Shown: positions 31,655-42,243 of the stretch, piece after piece | Layout of the letters: each line of letters starts with the position of its first letter | How positions within the stretch are numbered: the first letter of the stretch is position 1 | Assembly (NCBI GenBank): GCA_963727625.1 | Contig: CAVSHR010000008.1 | Coordinates: 224,001 to 288,000, forward strand | DNA from: an uncultured delta proteobacterium | GTDB lineage: Bacteria > Desulfobacterota > Binatia > UBA9968 | DNA length: 64,000 bases | Direction: 5' to 3' | Position numbers and translations under genes: made by a program | The notes under the pieces: model-generated | The model's database searches: none | Told to the model about the DNA's origin: nothing | The model's input: only the letters and a program-made list of their open reading frames with translations

Positions 31655-32848
31655 ATGGCAAGTTGGCTCTGGATCAGCTCATCAATCCTGCTTTGTCTTC
31701 AGTGGATAGTGATCCATTTTGCCGGGGTTCCTCTCGCGCCGGAACTCCAGGCCCTTAGCTCGGGTGTTGCGATCTTCGGCGCCGCGTTCGCCTTATCTTG
31801 GGCAGCGGAACTGGCGCAGAAAGATATCCCCCAGGCCCTAGCCATCGCGCTTCTCGCCCTCATTGCAGTGCTGCCGGAATATGCCGTCGATATGTATTTC
31901 GCATGGACTGCCGGCAAAGATCCCCAATACACTGCGTTTGCGACGGCCAATATGACCGGCGCAAATCGGCTTTTGATCGGGGTCGGCTGGGCCGCCGTTG
32001 TGTTGACGGTTTGGCTCAAGAGCGGCAAACGCGCCGTGGAATTGGAAGCAGGGCACAAGATTGAAATCTTTTACCTTGGTTTGGCGACTGTTTATTCGTT
32101 CATGATTCCAATCAAAGGCCGGCTCGATTTGGTCGACGCGGCTGTGCTGATCGTAATTTTTATTTTCTATATGCGCGCCGCCTCGAAGGCGGCGCATGTC
32201 GAGTCGGAGCTCGAAGGACCGGCGCAAATGATCGAAAGCTGGGGCAACGGCTTGCGCCGTTTGGCCACGGTAGTGTTTTTTCTATTATCCGCTTTTACCA
32301 TCTTCATCGCCGCCGAGCCATTTGCCGAGGGGCTGTTGGCCAGCGGGCGCGACTTTGGCATCGAAGAATTCATCCTAGTTCAATGGCTGGCGCCGTTAGC
32401 GTCGGAATCGCCGGAATTCATTGTTGCAATACTCTTTGCATTGAAAGGCCAGCCCGGGATCAGCATGGGCGCGTTGTTGTCGTCCAAGGTCAATCAATGG
32501 ACGTTGTTGGTCGGCATGCTGCCGGTGGTTTATGCCGTGTCCGCGGGCAATCCGACCGGCATGCCTATGGATAGCCGGCAGGTGGAAGAAATGTTTTTGA
32601 CCTCGGCGCAATCGCTTTTCGCCGTAGCGATCTTGGCCAACCTATCCTTTTCACTCTTGGAAGCCCTCGTGATTTTCTTGCTATTCTCCACCCAATTGCT
32701 TTTTCCCGATCCGGAATTTCGTCTTTACTATTCGATGTTCTATGTCGTTTTGGCGGTAGCGTTGATCGTTCTCAAAAAAGATGTCAGGAGCGGGGTCTGC
32801 GGCCTTTTTTCGCGGCCATCGGTGTCGCCGGCCATCGAGAAGCATTGA
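31655..32848 (+). CDS. Na+/Ca2+ (cation:proton) antiporter family protein
   Basis: [30 protein letters not shown] alpha-repeat motifs; many TMs. Confidence 0.85.
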   Translation: MASWLWISSSILLCLQWIVIHFAGVPLAPELQALSSGVAIFGAAFALSWAAELAQKDIPQALAIALLALIAVLPEYAVDMYFAWTAGKDPQYTAFATANMTGANRLLIGVGWAAVVLTVWLKSGKRAVELEAGHKIEIFYLGLATVYSFMIPIKGRLDLVDAAVLIVIFIFYMRAASKAAHVESELEGPAQMIESWGNGLRRLATVVFFLLSAFTIFIAAEPFAEGLLASGRDFGIEEFILVQWLAPLASESPEFIVAILFALKGQPGISMGALLSSKVNQWTLLVGMLPVVYAVSAGNPTGMPMDSRQVEEMFLTSAQSLFAVAILANLSFSLLEALVIFLLFSTQLLFPDPEFRLYYSMFYVVLAVALIVLKKDVRSGVCGLFSRPSVSPAIEKH

Positions 32849-32931
32849 CCCATTCGCTGCAGCGGTTTCCGCGTAAGCTTTTACGCGGGGCGGTGTCGCG
32901 GTCTCCGTCGAAGAAGTTCTAATCTCTGGGG

Positions 32932-33249
32932 ATGGCAAAGAAAGTAAACCACATAGCCAAACGGCTCAGCTGGGGCGGGTTTTTCCGGCTGCTGATTCAT
33001 CTGCCGAGTTTTTTAAAACTATTTTTTCGCCTAGCGGTGGATGCGCGGGTTTCACTCGCGCCAAAAGTGCTACTTATCGGCATGCTTACCTACGTCATTT
33101 TGCCGGCGGATCTGTTACCCGATTTTTTGCTTGGTGTCGGTCAGTTGGATGACCTCGCGGTTATCCTCGCGGGCGCAAAAATCTTCTTGCACCTCTGTCC
33201 GGCTGAAGTCGTGCAGGAACATGTCGAAGCTATCGCGACCGGGATTTAA
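32932..33249 (+). CDS. YkvA/DUF1232 family membrane protein
   Basis: YVILPADLLPDFLLGVGQLDD. Confidence 0.85.
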   Translation: MAKKVNHIAKRLSWGGFFRLLIHLPSFLKLFFRLAVDARVSLAPKVLLIGMLTYVILPADLLPDFLLGVGQLDDLAVILAGAKIFLHLCPAEVVQEHVEAIATGI

Positions 33250-33361
33250 AAACCCGGTGCCGCGATCAGACCCCGCGTGATTTAGCATCCTCTAGCGGGA
33301 GAATCAATCTGCCGACGCGTGAGGAGACCGCGTCGGATTAGGATGTTACGATCGGTTCGAA

Positions 33362-33571
33362 CTAGTGCTTGGCGGCGGCCTTTTCTTCCTTGATGTTTTC
33401 GTGGATCAGGCGCGGTACTCCGCCGCAATTAAAACAGCGCGGCGGTTGGTATTGGGTCTCGCCTTCCGGATAGCGCATGAAGCGCCTGTAGAAAGGTTTC
33501 TCGGTACCGACGAAGTCGTCGTAATAGAAGGCTAGTTTGCCGCACTCGCTGCAATGGAGATATTTCGCCAT
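33362..33571 (-). CDS. Small putative zinc-ribbon protein
   Basis: CSEC...CFNC pairs, upstream AAGGGG RBS. Confidence 0.6.
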   Translation of the reverse strand: MAKYLHCSECGKLAFYYDDFVGTEKPFYRRFMRYPEGETQYQPPRCFNCGGVPRLIHENIKEEKAAAKH

Positions 33572-33844
33572 GGTTTTCCCCTTAGAAACATTCGCGCTCT
33601 TTTATTAACGGCGGAATCTTTGTGAAGTGCGGCGCGACGGCCGCCTCAGCTAAAACAGTCCGATTCTTGCTCAAGCGCGTGAGAGAAAGCATACTTGCGA
33701 AGCCCGGCGAGGTCAATAACGCCCTTCCCGATCGGGGTTGAGAATTTGGCGATTTTGTTGCATGGGTAACAGACAACAGTGATGGCGGGTTTGTACCTGC
33801 CGGGCGGCGTGGGCGGCGTTAATCTGTTTAGGGAGGACAAATCG

Positions 33845-34444
33845 ATGGCGATAAAATTATTTCAATCCCAAACCTCGATGTTCTGCGAGAAGGTAAGGAT
33901 CGTCTTTGCGATGAAGAACGTCCCCTACGAGATCGTGGACGTTCGCAAAGACGACCGTAAGTCACTGCTCGAATACACCAACCAGCGAAAAGTGCCGACG
34001 CTCAACTACAACGGCGAGTGCGTGATCGATTCCACGATTATCTCCGCCCGTCTCGAGAAAGATTGCCCGGCGAACGGCATCTATCCGGACGGCGCCGCTA
34101 ACAAGGGACTTTGCCTGGCCCTGGAAGATTGGTCCGACGAAGTGCTGATTCATGCCAACCATGCGATGCGGCGCGCCGACACCCCGGAAGCGCGCAAAAA
34201 AGCAGAGGAGCAGTGGGACGGGCATTTCAATATATTGGACCAAATCTATTCCGGGAAGAAATTCATCTTCGATCGCATGACCATCGCCGACATGGCGATT
34301 TTTTCCCAGCTTCACTACCTTTACACAACGGTGAAGTACGAGATCCCGGCCAAGTATAAAAACGTCAACGCTTTCATGGAGAACATGCGCCAGACCTTGA
34401 AGCTCAATTCGCTGGCCGATAGTTTCGACGCGCGGTCGCTTTAG
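33845..34444 (+). CDS. Glutathione S-transferase family protein
   Basis: SMFCEKVR, KVPTL, DSTII, MTIADMA. Confidence 0.85.
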   Translation: MAIKLFQSQTSMFCEKVRIVFAMKNVPYEIVDVRKDDRKSLLEYTNQRKVPTLNYNGECVIDSTIISARLEKDCPANGIYPDGAANKGLCLALEDWSDEVLIHANHAMRRADTPEARKKAEEQWDGHFNILDQIYSGKKFIFDRMTIADMAIFSQLHYLYTTVKYEIPAKYKNVNAFMENMRQTLKLNSLADSFDARSL

Positions 34445-34455
34445 GCCTGACTGCC

Positions 34456-34704
34456 ATGGCTAAAGACGTGGTCGTTCCTCGCTTGGGGTCGAGCGATGAA
34501 AGCGATGAGGTGCGAATCCTTCGCTGGCTCAAGGAGCGGGGCGCGAAGGTGCAGAAGGGTGACGCGCTTCTGGAGGTGGAAACCGACAAAGTCAACGTCG
34601 AGATCGAAGCGCCCGAGGACGGAGAATTGAGCGAAATCAACGCGCGAGAAGGTGACTTCGTAAAGTTTGGCGCGGTGGTCGCCGTCATCGACAAATCCGA
34701 TTGA
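34456..34704 (+). CDS. Stand-alone lipoyl/biotinyl carrier domain
   Basis: LLEVETDKVNVEIEAP lipoyl-lysine motif. Confidence 0.88.
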   Translation: MAKDVVVPRLGSSDESDEVRILRWLKERGAKVQKGDALLEVETDKVNVEIEAPEDGELSEINAREGDFVKFGAVVAVIDKSD

Positions 34705-34937
34705 CTCCATTCAATCTGTATTTCCGCTAGCGCTGGCGTTGTCGTGGAACGGGCCGGCGCAAGAGCAGTCAGGGTGTGCACGCATTCCTTGGCTGACACG
34801 ATGTTCAAAATCTCCATTTTAATCCCCACTTCGAAGCCATCGACATGTCGGCGCGTCGAATTGATGTGCGCCGGCGACAGTTGTCCGTGGCCGGTTCGGC
34901 GGCAAGCTCGATCCGGCGAGCTGGCCCATGAAGGCTA

Positions 34938-36719
34938 ATGGAAGAACGTTTTTCGGTTCTTTTGTCGCGGGTCGGTTGGGTCGGCTGCCTTTTAGGCGTC
35001 ACCGCGACGAATTATTTCGTCCTTGGGCTGGCCGGTTTCGTCCATAACCCCTTGCTGAATTTTAGCGTTGTCGCCGCCCTAACCTTTGCGGCGCTATTTT
35101 TTCTCGGCATTTTTTTCGCCATTCCGCGCCATACCAACAGGGTTGGCCGAGGTATTTGGTCGGCCATACTGGTTTTCTTCCTAGTCGAAATTATTCTCGG
35201 CCTTTTGCCGCCCGCCGCCCGTGACGAGCTCACTCATCACTTGGCAATACCGCGCCTCTATGCCAAGGCGGGACGGATCATCGAGGTGCCGATAGCACCC
35301 TACAGCTACTACCCGATGCTGCTCGATATGCTCTATACGCCGTGGATCTATTGGGGCTACGATTTCGTCCCGAAGTTGATCCACGCGTTGTTCGCTTATC
35401 TCACGGGTCTTCTGATCTATGCTTACCTGGGCCGGCGCATGAACGCGATTTATGGTTTGCTTGGGTTTTTTCTGTTCATTTCTACGCCGGTGATCGCGCG
35501 CTTGAGCCATTGGGGATACATCGATCTAGGTCTCACTTTTTATACGACCGCGTCGTTGTTGGCTTTACTACGCTGGCGAGAAGCGCGCGAATCGCTTGTC
35601 TGGCTCGCGCTCGCCGCGCTGTCCCTGGGCTTTGCCCTCGCCACTAAACCGAACGGTTTGTTGGCGGCCCTGCTGATTGCATTCCTATTCTTGCTCGTGA
35701 TCGTTAAGCCGCCGCGCAAAAGCGTCGCAATCATCGCTCGGGAGTTGGCCCTGTTTGGTACCGCGGCAGCCTTACCTTTTTTGCCCTGGCTAGCGAAAAA
35801 TTGGTTTCAGACCGGCAACCCATTCTACCCCTTGCTCGGCAATCTATTTTCATCACACGCCGGCAATACGGCCGCATCGGTTGGATTTTCGGGACTGGGC
35901 ATATTTGACAAGCGCGAATTGCTGTACGGCGAGGGCTTCTGGCAGCTCCTCGGGCTGCCTTTGCGAGTTTTCATTTTCGGTCAAGACGACAATCCACAAT
36001 TTTTCGACGGCGTGCTGACGCCCGTCCTGATAATTTTTCTGCCATGGGCTTTCAAGGGAAAATGGTCTGAAGAAAAAAAATTGCTCGGCGGGTTTGTCTT
36101 GTTATTCTTGTTCTATGCTCTGGTTCTCGTCGACTTGCGCATCCGTTATATTCTCTCGATCGTTCCGCCGTTGGTCATTTTGGCGGTTTACGGCGTACAC
36201 AACGTCTACCTCGGGATCAAGCGGCCGGTGTTTTTGTTTGCGGTGATGATCGTCTTTGCCCTGTGGCACGGCGTTTATCTGTGGCGTTATTTCCGCGAGG
36301 CGGAACCGATCGCTTACCTGAGCGGCAATGAAAGCCGGGACGCTTATCTCACCCAGATGCTGCCGGAGTATGCGACCTTTCGATATATCAATCAAAACAC
36401 CGCGCCGGCGGCGAAAATTTACCTTCTCTTTATCGGCCGGAGAGCGTATTATTGCGAGCGGGAATATTTTCATGACGGCGGCGACTTGCCGGGGTATCTG
36501 CTGGCGGTGATCCGCGCTGCGAAAAACCCTGAGCAGATCGACCAAGCCCTAAAGCGACAAGGAATCACCCATCTCATCGTTCGCGAGGATCTTTTGAGCA
36601 AGTTTTTGACCCAGAACCTGACGCCGGATCAAGCGGTCGTTTGGAATCAGTTCGCCCAAAGCCGGCTCACATTAAACTTCCGTGACCGCGGCCATGCGGT
36701 CTATCAGCTCCATGGCTAG
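34938..36719 (+). CDS. GT-C fold (ArnT/PMT-like) membrane glycosyltransferase
   Basis: DELTHHL, YIDLG, LATK, TGNPFYP, many TMs. Confidence 0.75.
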   Translation: MEERFSVLLSRVGWVGCLLGVTATNYFVLGLAGFVHNPLLNFSVVAALTFAALFFLGIFFAIPRHTNRVGRGIWSAILVFFLVEIILGLLPPAARDELTHHLAIPRLYAKAGRIIEVPIAPYSYYPMLLDMLYTPWIYWGYDFVPKLIHALFAYLTGLLIYAYLGRRMNAIYGLLGFFLFISTPVIARLSHWGYIDLGLTFYTTASLLALLRWREARESLVWLALAALSLGFALATKPNGLLAALLIAFLFLLVIVKPPRKSVAIIARELALFGTAAALPFLPWLAKNWFQTGNPFYPLLGNLFSSHAGNTAASVGFSGLGIFDKRELLYGEGFWQLLGLPLRVFIFGQDDNPQFFDGVLTPVLIIFLPWAFKGKWSEEKKLLGGFVLLFLFYALVLVDLRIRYILSIVPPLVILAVYGVHNVYLGIKRPVFLFAVMIVFALWHGVYLWRYFREAEPIAYLSGNESRDAYLTQMLPEYATFRYINQNTAPAAKIYLLFIGRRAYYCEREYFHDGGDLPGYLLAVIRAAKNPEQIDQALKRQGITHLIVREDLLSKFLTQNLTPDQAVVWNQFAQSRLTLNFRDRGHAVYQLHG

Positions 36720-37599
36720 CGGCTGCGAGATTTCCATAGTCATCCCGGTTTTCAACGAGGCGCCGAGCTTGGCCAAATTGCTCGGTGAGATTCAAGATCT
36801 CGGCCTCGCTCGGACGGAGATCCTCGTCGTCGATGACGGCTCCAGCGACGGCAGTCCTGAAGTGGCGTTGCAAAGCGGCGCCAACGTGATCCGCCATCCG
36901 TACAACATCGGCAACGGCGCCGCGGTGAAGAGCGGCATCCGGGCGGCGCGCGGCAGGCTCATCCTCTTGATGGACGGGGACGGCCAGCACAAGCCCGAAG
37001 ACATTCCGAAATTGCTCGCCAAAGCATCCGATTTTCATATGGTCGTGGGCGCCCGCGCCAAGGGATCAAAGCTGCGGCTGCACCGTAACGCGGCCAACGC
37101 CATCTATAATCTCCTCGCTTCCTACGTGACGAAGTTTAAAGTGCAGGACCTCACTTCCGGCTTTCGCGTTCTCACGCGGCGCGACGCATTGCGCTTTATT
37201 GACTTGCTGCCCAATACTTTTTCCTACCCGACGACGTTGACGCTGGCGTTTTTGCGCTCTGGGTTGACGGTCAAGTATGTGCCGATTCAAACGCTTTATC
37301 GCGCCGGTCAAAGCAAAATCAGTCTGATCACCGATGGCGTTCGGTTTTTCCTGATTATCTCAAAAATCGCCACCTTGTTTTCACCGTTCCGCGTGTTCTT
37401 GCCGGTAAGCATTCTTTTTTTTCTCGCCGGCATGTCTAACTACGCCTACACCTATTACACCGAATACCGCTTCACCAACATGTCCGCGCTTATGTTTACC
37501 GCTGCCGTGATTGTCTTTATGCTTGGATTGATTTCCGAACAGATCGCCCTGCTGCGGATGGAGCGGCAACAGAGCGGACGGCGGGAAGATGATAGGTAG
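36712..37599 (+). CDS. GT2 (polyprenol-phosphate glycosyltransferase-like)
   Basis: VIPVFNEA, VDDGSSD, MDGDGQH, DLTSGFR, two C-terminal TMs. Confidence 0.9.
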   Translation: MASGCEISIVIPVFNEAPSLAKLLGEIQDLGLARTEILVVDDGSSDGSPEVALQSGANVIRHPYNIGNGAAVKSGIRAARGRLILLMDGDGQHKPEDIPKLLAKASDFHMVVGARAKGSKLRLHRNAANAIYNLLASYVTKFKVQDLTSGFRVLTRRDALRFIDLLPNTFSYPTTLTLAFLRSGLTVKYVPIQTLYRAGQSKISLITDGVRFFLIISKIATLFSPFRVFLPVSILFFLAGMSNYAYTYYTEYRFTNMSALMFTAAVIVFMLGLISEQIALLRMERQQSGRREDDR

Positions 37600-37626
37600 C
37601 GCCATCCAAGGCCAAAGTTTCGATCA

Positions 37627-38877
37627 TCACCGAACGGGATCGACGATTTCGTCGTAAAGAGTTCTGAATTCACTGGCGATATGTGTCCAACTATATCGCG
37701 CGCGAACTTCAGCGAAGGCGTTAACCGCGAGTCGTTGACGAAGAGACGGGTCATTGAGCAGTTGTTCCAAGGTGGTGGCCAGCGCATTTGGATTACCGGG
37801 TTCGACGAGCACTCCGGTGGCGTGATCACGCACCATTGAAGTGATGCCGCCGATCGAAGTCGCTATCACGCACGCGCGCGCTGCGAAGGCTTCCAAGGCA
37901 ACGATACCTTGACCCTCCGTTTCTCCGGACGAGCCGAGTCTGGACGGTATAGCCACCAGGTCGGCCGCCGCATAAAACTCGGGAAGTCGCTGCTGATTCA
38001 CCGTGCCGAAAAATCGGACTTTCTCACCGAACCCAAAATTTCGAGCAGTATGCTCTAGTTGCTCTCTCTGATCTCCATCGCCAACTACCCAGAGCGTGGT
38101 CCGCGCACGGGTTTTAGCAGATAAAAGGGTAAACGCCTGTAGCAAGTCGTGGCAACCTTTGTTTTCGATCAGTCTGCCGACAAACAGCACGAGGTATTCC
38201 CCTTCCGGGAGCTCGCGCCGGAGCGTGGCGGGGTCGCCGCTCGAGAAAAGAGCAATATCGACACCCATGGGAATGATACGCGCTTGCGGCAGGCGAGAGT
38301 TGCGCGCCACGGCGGAGGTGCTCGCCGTGTTCGCCGTCCATGCTGCGCTGCGGCTGAGGATCAGAAGCTTTAGACTTGTGCTCATTCGTCCGCCGAGCGC
38401 GAAGGCGTCGGTGCCGTGGACGCTGACGACCAGCGGTACACGAAAAAGAAAAGTTCCGATAAACCCGACCAGACCTTGGGGTAGAACCCAATGAGCGTGG
38501 ATCACATCGAATCGTTGCTTGGCAAGCAAACGCAGAAGCGAGTACGTCATCACCGTCAAAAGGAACGGCACTTGGAGCCAGAGGGAAGGTGAACGCTTGA
38601 GATTTGGCATCATCCCGGAGCCGTAGGCCAGCTTTTGTAGCGGAGCGGGAAAATATTGAAAGCGATGGACCGTAATCTTGCCTTCGACAACGGTTTCTCC
38701 CTTACCGTCGGCAGGAACAAGGAGATGGACATCAGCTCCTTCGTCCGCCAAATGCTCGGCCAGATAGCGCAAGAATACCGAAGCCGTGTCATCGCGACTA
38801 CGGGGATAGCTCGACGCAATGAAGAGGACTTTGACGGGTTGACGCGGATTCATCAGTGCCTTGTGGCGGTTGCACAT
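37627..38877 (-). CDS. GT4 glycosyltransferase
   Basis: HAHW, FVGRLIENKG, EGQGIVALEA. Confidence 0.9.
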   Translation of the reverse strand: MCNRHKALMNPRQPVKVLFIASSYPRSRDDTASVFLRYLAEHLADEGADVHLLVPADGKGETVVEGKITVHRFQYFPAPLQKLAYGSGMMPNLKRSPSLWLQVPFLLTVMTYSLLRLLAKQRFDVIHAHWVLPQGLVGFIGTFLFRVPLVVSVHGTDAFALGGRMSTSLKLLILSRSAAWTANTASTSAVARNSRLPQARIIPMGVDIALFSSGDPATLRRELPEGEYLVLFVGRLIENKGCHDLLQAFTLLSAKTRARTTLWVVGDGDQREQLEHTARNFGFGEKVRFFGTVNQQRLPEFYAAADLVAIPSRLGSSGETEGQGIVALEAFAARACVIATSIGGITSMVRDHATGVLVEPGNPNALATTLEQLLNDPSLRQRLAVNAFAEVRARYSWTHIASEFRTLYDEIVDPVR

Positions 38878-39225
38878 GGTCTCAGCGTTTTAACGACTGG
38901 CGCAAGAAATGTTGCCAAACTATTGATGTTTGCAAAATTTCGTGACGAGTTGAAGCAATTGTTTCACTGCACAATCCGGCTAAAAACAAGTCACTATAAT
39001 TCACAAAGGTCAATAGTTTCGAATTACATCGGGCAAATCATATCGCCATTCTAGTTAGATAGTGGCGTACGGTTTCTTATTCGACCAATACATGGGTTGG
39101 TGCAGGGCTTTGTTATTATAGGTTTGAGAAAGCCGATCGCGCAGAACAGAATCATAACCTAGGTAAACATTTATCTTGAATAGCGCTTTCTGCGCAAGTA
39201 AAATAACCTTCTCATTTGCAAGATC

Positions 39226-40095
39226 ATGACCACGTCCACTGGCGCAAAATCGCGACCTGTTTTAGTCTATACGCCCGCTTCGCAACTAATAGACCCGGCT
39301 GGGCTCATCCAAAAAATGTTCAGAGACCTGGCGCTTTCCCGCGAACTGGCCTGGCGGCTCTTTGTCCGAAATATCAGCTCCCGCTACCGTCAAACCCTAT
39401 TAGGTTATGCGTGGGCGATTGCGACGCCGATCGCTACCACGTCGGTTTTCGTTTTTTTGCAGAAATCTGGTTACTTCACGGTGGGTGAGACCCAAGTCCC
39501 GTACGCTGTCTTTCTCCTCACAGGCTTGATTCTGTGGCAGGTGTTCGCCGACGCCGTTCATGCGCCCCTGCGGATGGTTCAGCAATCCTATTCGATTCTC
39601 ACCAAAGTAAATTTTCCGCGCGAAGCGCTGATTATTGCGGGCGTCGGCGAGGTGTTGTTTACGTTTCTGATACGTCTGGGTTTGATTCTATTTGCTCTTT
39701 TTTGGTTTGACGTTCGCATTCCGTGGACCGCGGTGTGGTTTCCGTTCGGCGCGCTGCTGTTGATCGGGCTAGGGGTCGCTCTAGGACTACTGATCACGCC
39801 GGTAGCGGCTTTGTACCACGACGTCGGCCAAGCACTGCCGTTTGCGCTCTATCTATGGATGTTTCTAACACCCGTAATTTATCCGGCTCCGGCCTCACCG
39901 CCCGGATCAATATTAGTGCGGCTCAACCCAGTGAGCCCGATTCTCGATACGACGCGAGGGTGGCTCTTATCCGGCGCGCCGCGCGATATGTCGGCGTTCT
40001 TCATTATCTCCGTTGCCACCCTGTGTACGCTTCTCGCCGGTTGGCTGTTATATCGTCTCGCATTGCCGATCCTAATCGAACGGGTCAGCGCCTAG
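39226..40095 (+). CDS. wzm: ABC-2 polysaccharide export permease (Wzm)
   Basis: RYRQTLLGYAWA, KVNFPRE, TPVIYP, LNP. Confidence 0.9.
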   Translation: MTTSTGAKSRPVLVYTPASQLIDPAGLIQKMFRDLALSRELAWRLFVRNISSRYRQTLLGYAWAIATPIATTSVFVFLQKSGYFTVGETQVPYAVFLLTGLILWQVFADAVHAPLRMVQQSYSILTKVNFPREALIIAGVGEVLFTFLIRLGLILFALFWFDVRIPWTAVWFPFGALLLIGLGVALGLLITPVAALYHDVGQALPFALYLWMFLTPVIYPAPASPPGSILVRLNPVSPILDTTRGWLLSGAPRDMSAFFIISVATLCTLLAGWLLYRLALPILIERVSA

Positions 40096-40097
40096 CC

Positions 40098-41361
40098 ATG
40101 GACGAAGCACCGGTCATCAAAGTTGAAGGAGTCTCAAAGAAGTTTTGCCGGCGATTACGGTATTCGCTGTGGTACGGCCTTACCGATTTAGCGGCAGAGC
40201 TGACAGCGCACAACGGTAACGCCGAGTTGAAGCTGCGCCTCGCCGAGTTTCTTGCGGTCGATAATGTGTCCTTCGACGTGCGACCGGGAGAATGCCTCGG
40301 CTTGATCGGACATAACGGCGCAGGCAAGAGCACCCTCCTCAAGATGCTCAACGGGCTTGTTCGCCCCGACAAAGGGCGGATCACGATGCATGGGCGAGTG
40401 GGCGCGTTAATCGAGCTCGGCGCGGGTTTCAGCCCCATTCTCACCGGCCGCGAGAATATCTACATCAACGGCGCGGTCCTGGGATTTTCCAAGCGGGAAA
40501 TCGACGCCAAGTTCGACGAGATCGTCGACTTCGCCGAGTTAGGCGATGAGATCGATGCGCCCGTGCAAACGTACAGTTCGGGCATGTACGTTCGACTCGG
40601 GTTTCGCCGTGGCGGCGCAACTTGATCCGGATATTCTGCTGATAGACGAGATCCTCGCGGTTGGGGATGCCTCCTTTCGACTTAAGTGTATGCATGCAAT
40701 TCGCAAGAAAGTGGATTCGGGCACCTCTATCATTCTAGTCTCACACCAGATTGGATACGTTAGAAATATTTGTACGCAAGCTATTTGGCTTGAGAGAGGC
40801 GTACTTCGCAAGACCGGCGATGCGAACGAGGTTTGTTCACTTTACGAATACGAGCTCTACCAACGAGACAACTTGGGCGCGCCATCGCGGAGGAGTGGAT
40901 TTTTGGAGGCGGGTGGGGACGCCGAGATCGTTAATGCGTGGTTCCGTCGCGAGGGAGACCGTGACGATTCGATTTTCACAAATGCTGAAGAGGTTTGTAT
41001 TATTGTGATGATCAAGTATTCGCGTTTCGTGCCGTCACTGTTTTTTACATTCGGGCTTCGCATGCCAAACGAGACACTGGTGTATGGAAATCAGCAGGAT
41101 ATTAGTAGTTGGGTTTCTGCACCAGGCTATTGGGAGATAGAGATTCGATTTCCGAAAGAATCACTTATAGACGGTCATTTCTATTTTTCTTGTGGCTTGA
41201 CGCGCGATTCCGAATGGGGACATACCATACACAACCTCCCTCGATGTCTTGAATTTTATGTGGCTTCCTCATTTCAACATGCGAATGGAATTGTGAATCT
41301 AAAACCATCGCTTTCCGTTCGTTGCCCGGAGCGCGTTCCCGATGTTCTGGCTGCGTCGTAA
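40098..41361 (+). CDS. wzt: Polysaccharide export ATPase (Wzt) with C-terminal domain, frameshifted near 40600
   Basis: GHNGAGKST, YSSGMYVRLG then AVAAQLDPDILLIDE in the next frame. Confidence 0.88.
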
Positions 41362-42145
41362 AAACAGCTTGTGTCAGCCGTTCATTTACGTTGCAGCTAT
41401 GCCACGGTCCGGCTCAACGATGCTCGCGGGCATTCTAAGTGAGGCTCCGATTTCTCATATCTTTTCGGAACTCGGTCTAAACCGAGGGCTTACGCATGGT
41501 TTAGAGCAACTGGCCAAGTTCGATAGAAACTTCCCCTCAATGCTTTCTGCTTACGAGGGTAATCCCGACATGATGCTGCGGGTTTTTGGAGACGAAATTC
41601 TACCAAAACTCGCCGCGTCGGTTTCTCATCTTGGCGTGAAGGAATGTTTCCATGAAAATTGGGAGCTGTATCAGAAAATTCTCGGGGGGGTTCGGTTTGT
41701 GGTTTTGGCCCGTGACCCAAGAGACGTGATGCTATCAACTCTAGATTATGGCGACCAAGTTGAATGGCACAAGCGTCTTTGGGCCGATATCGGAGATGAG
41801 TTCATTGCTATCCGGCACAATGAGATTTGGGCGCTCCAACGAGCAATGCTCGAAAATTCTAACTCTATAGCCGTGCGCTACGAGGACCTCTGTCTTGATC
41901 CCGAAACGTTCGTGCGACTTTGCCAATTTTGTGAATTACCTCTGAATAAGCCTGCGTCCGCCAGCCGAGCGATCCAAGCGTATCCTTGGAGAAGTTGGGA
42001 AATTGAGAAGCACGGGTTCGATGTCGTAGGTGATCGATCTGTCTACCGTTGGAAACGTGAGTCGGATCCCGCGCGCCGGCGCCGAGCACTTCATGTTGGA
42101 GAGCTGATGCAAGAGTATTGCCGTTTTTGGGGTTATGAAAGCTAG
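41342..42145 (+). CDS. Sulfotransferase family protein
   Basis: MPRSGSTML PAPS-binding loop, RDPRDVMLS, VRYEDL. Confidence 0.85.
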   Translation: MFWLRRKNSLCQPFIYVAAMPRSGSTMLAGILSEAPISHIFSELGLNRGLTHGLEQLAKFDRNFPSMLSAYEGNPDMMLRVFGDEILPKLAASVSHLGVKECFHENWELYQKILGGVRFVVLARDPRDVMLSTLDYGDQVEWHKRLWADIGDEFIAIRHNEIWALQRAMLENSNSIAVRYEDLCLDPETFVRLCQFCELPLNKPASASRAIQAYPWRSWEIEKHGFDVVGDRSVYRWKRESDPARRRRALHVGELMQEYCRFWGYES

Positions 42146-42243
42146 TCATGGACGACAAAATGGAATATCGAGCCCCAGATGCGTAGACCGAGGCAAAATT
42201 TGCGAGCCGGGATAAATAAGCCAGCTCTCCGAAGGATACGCCT

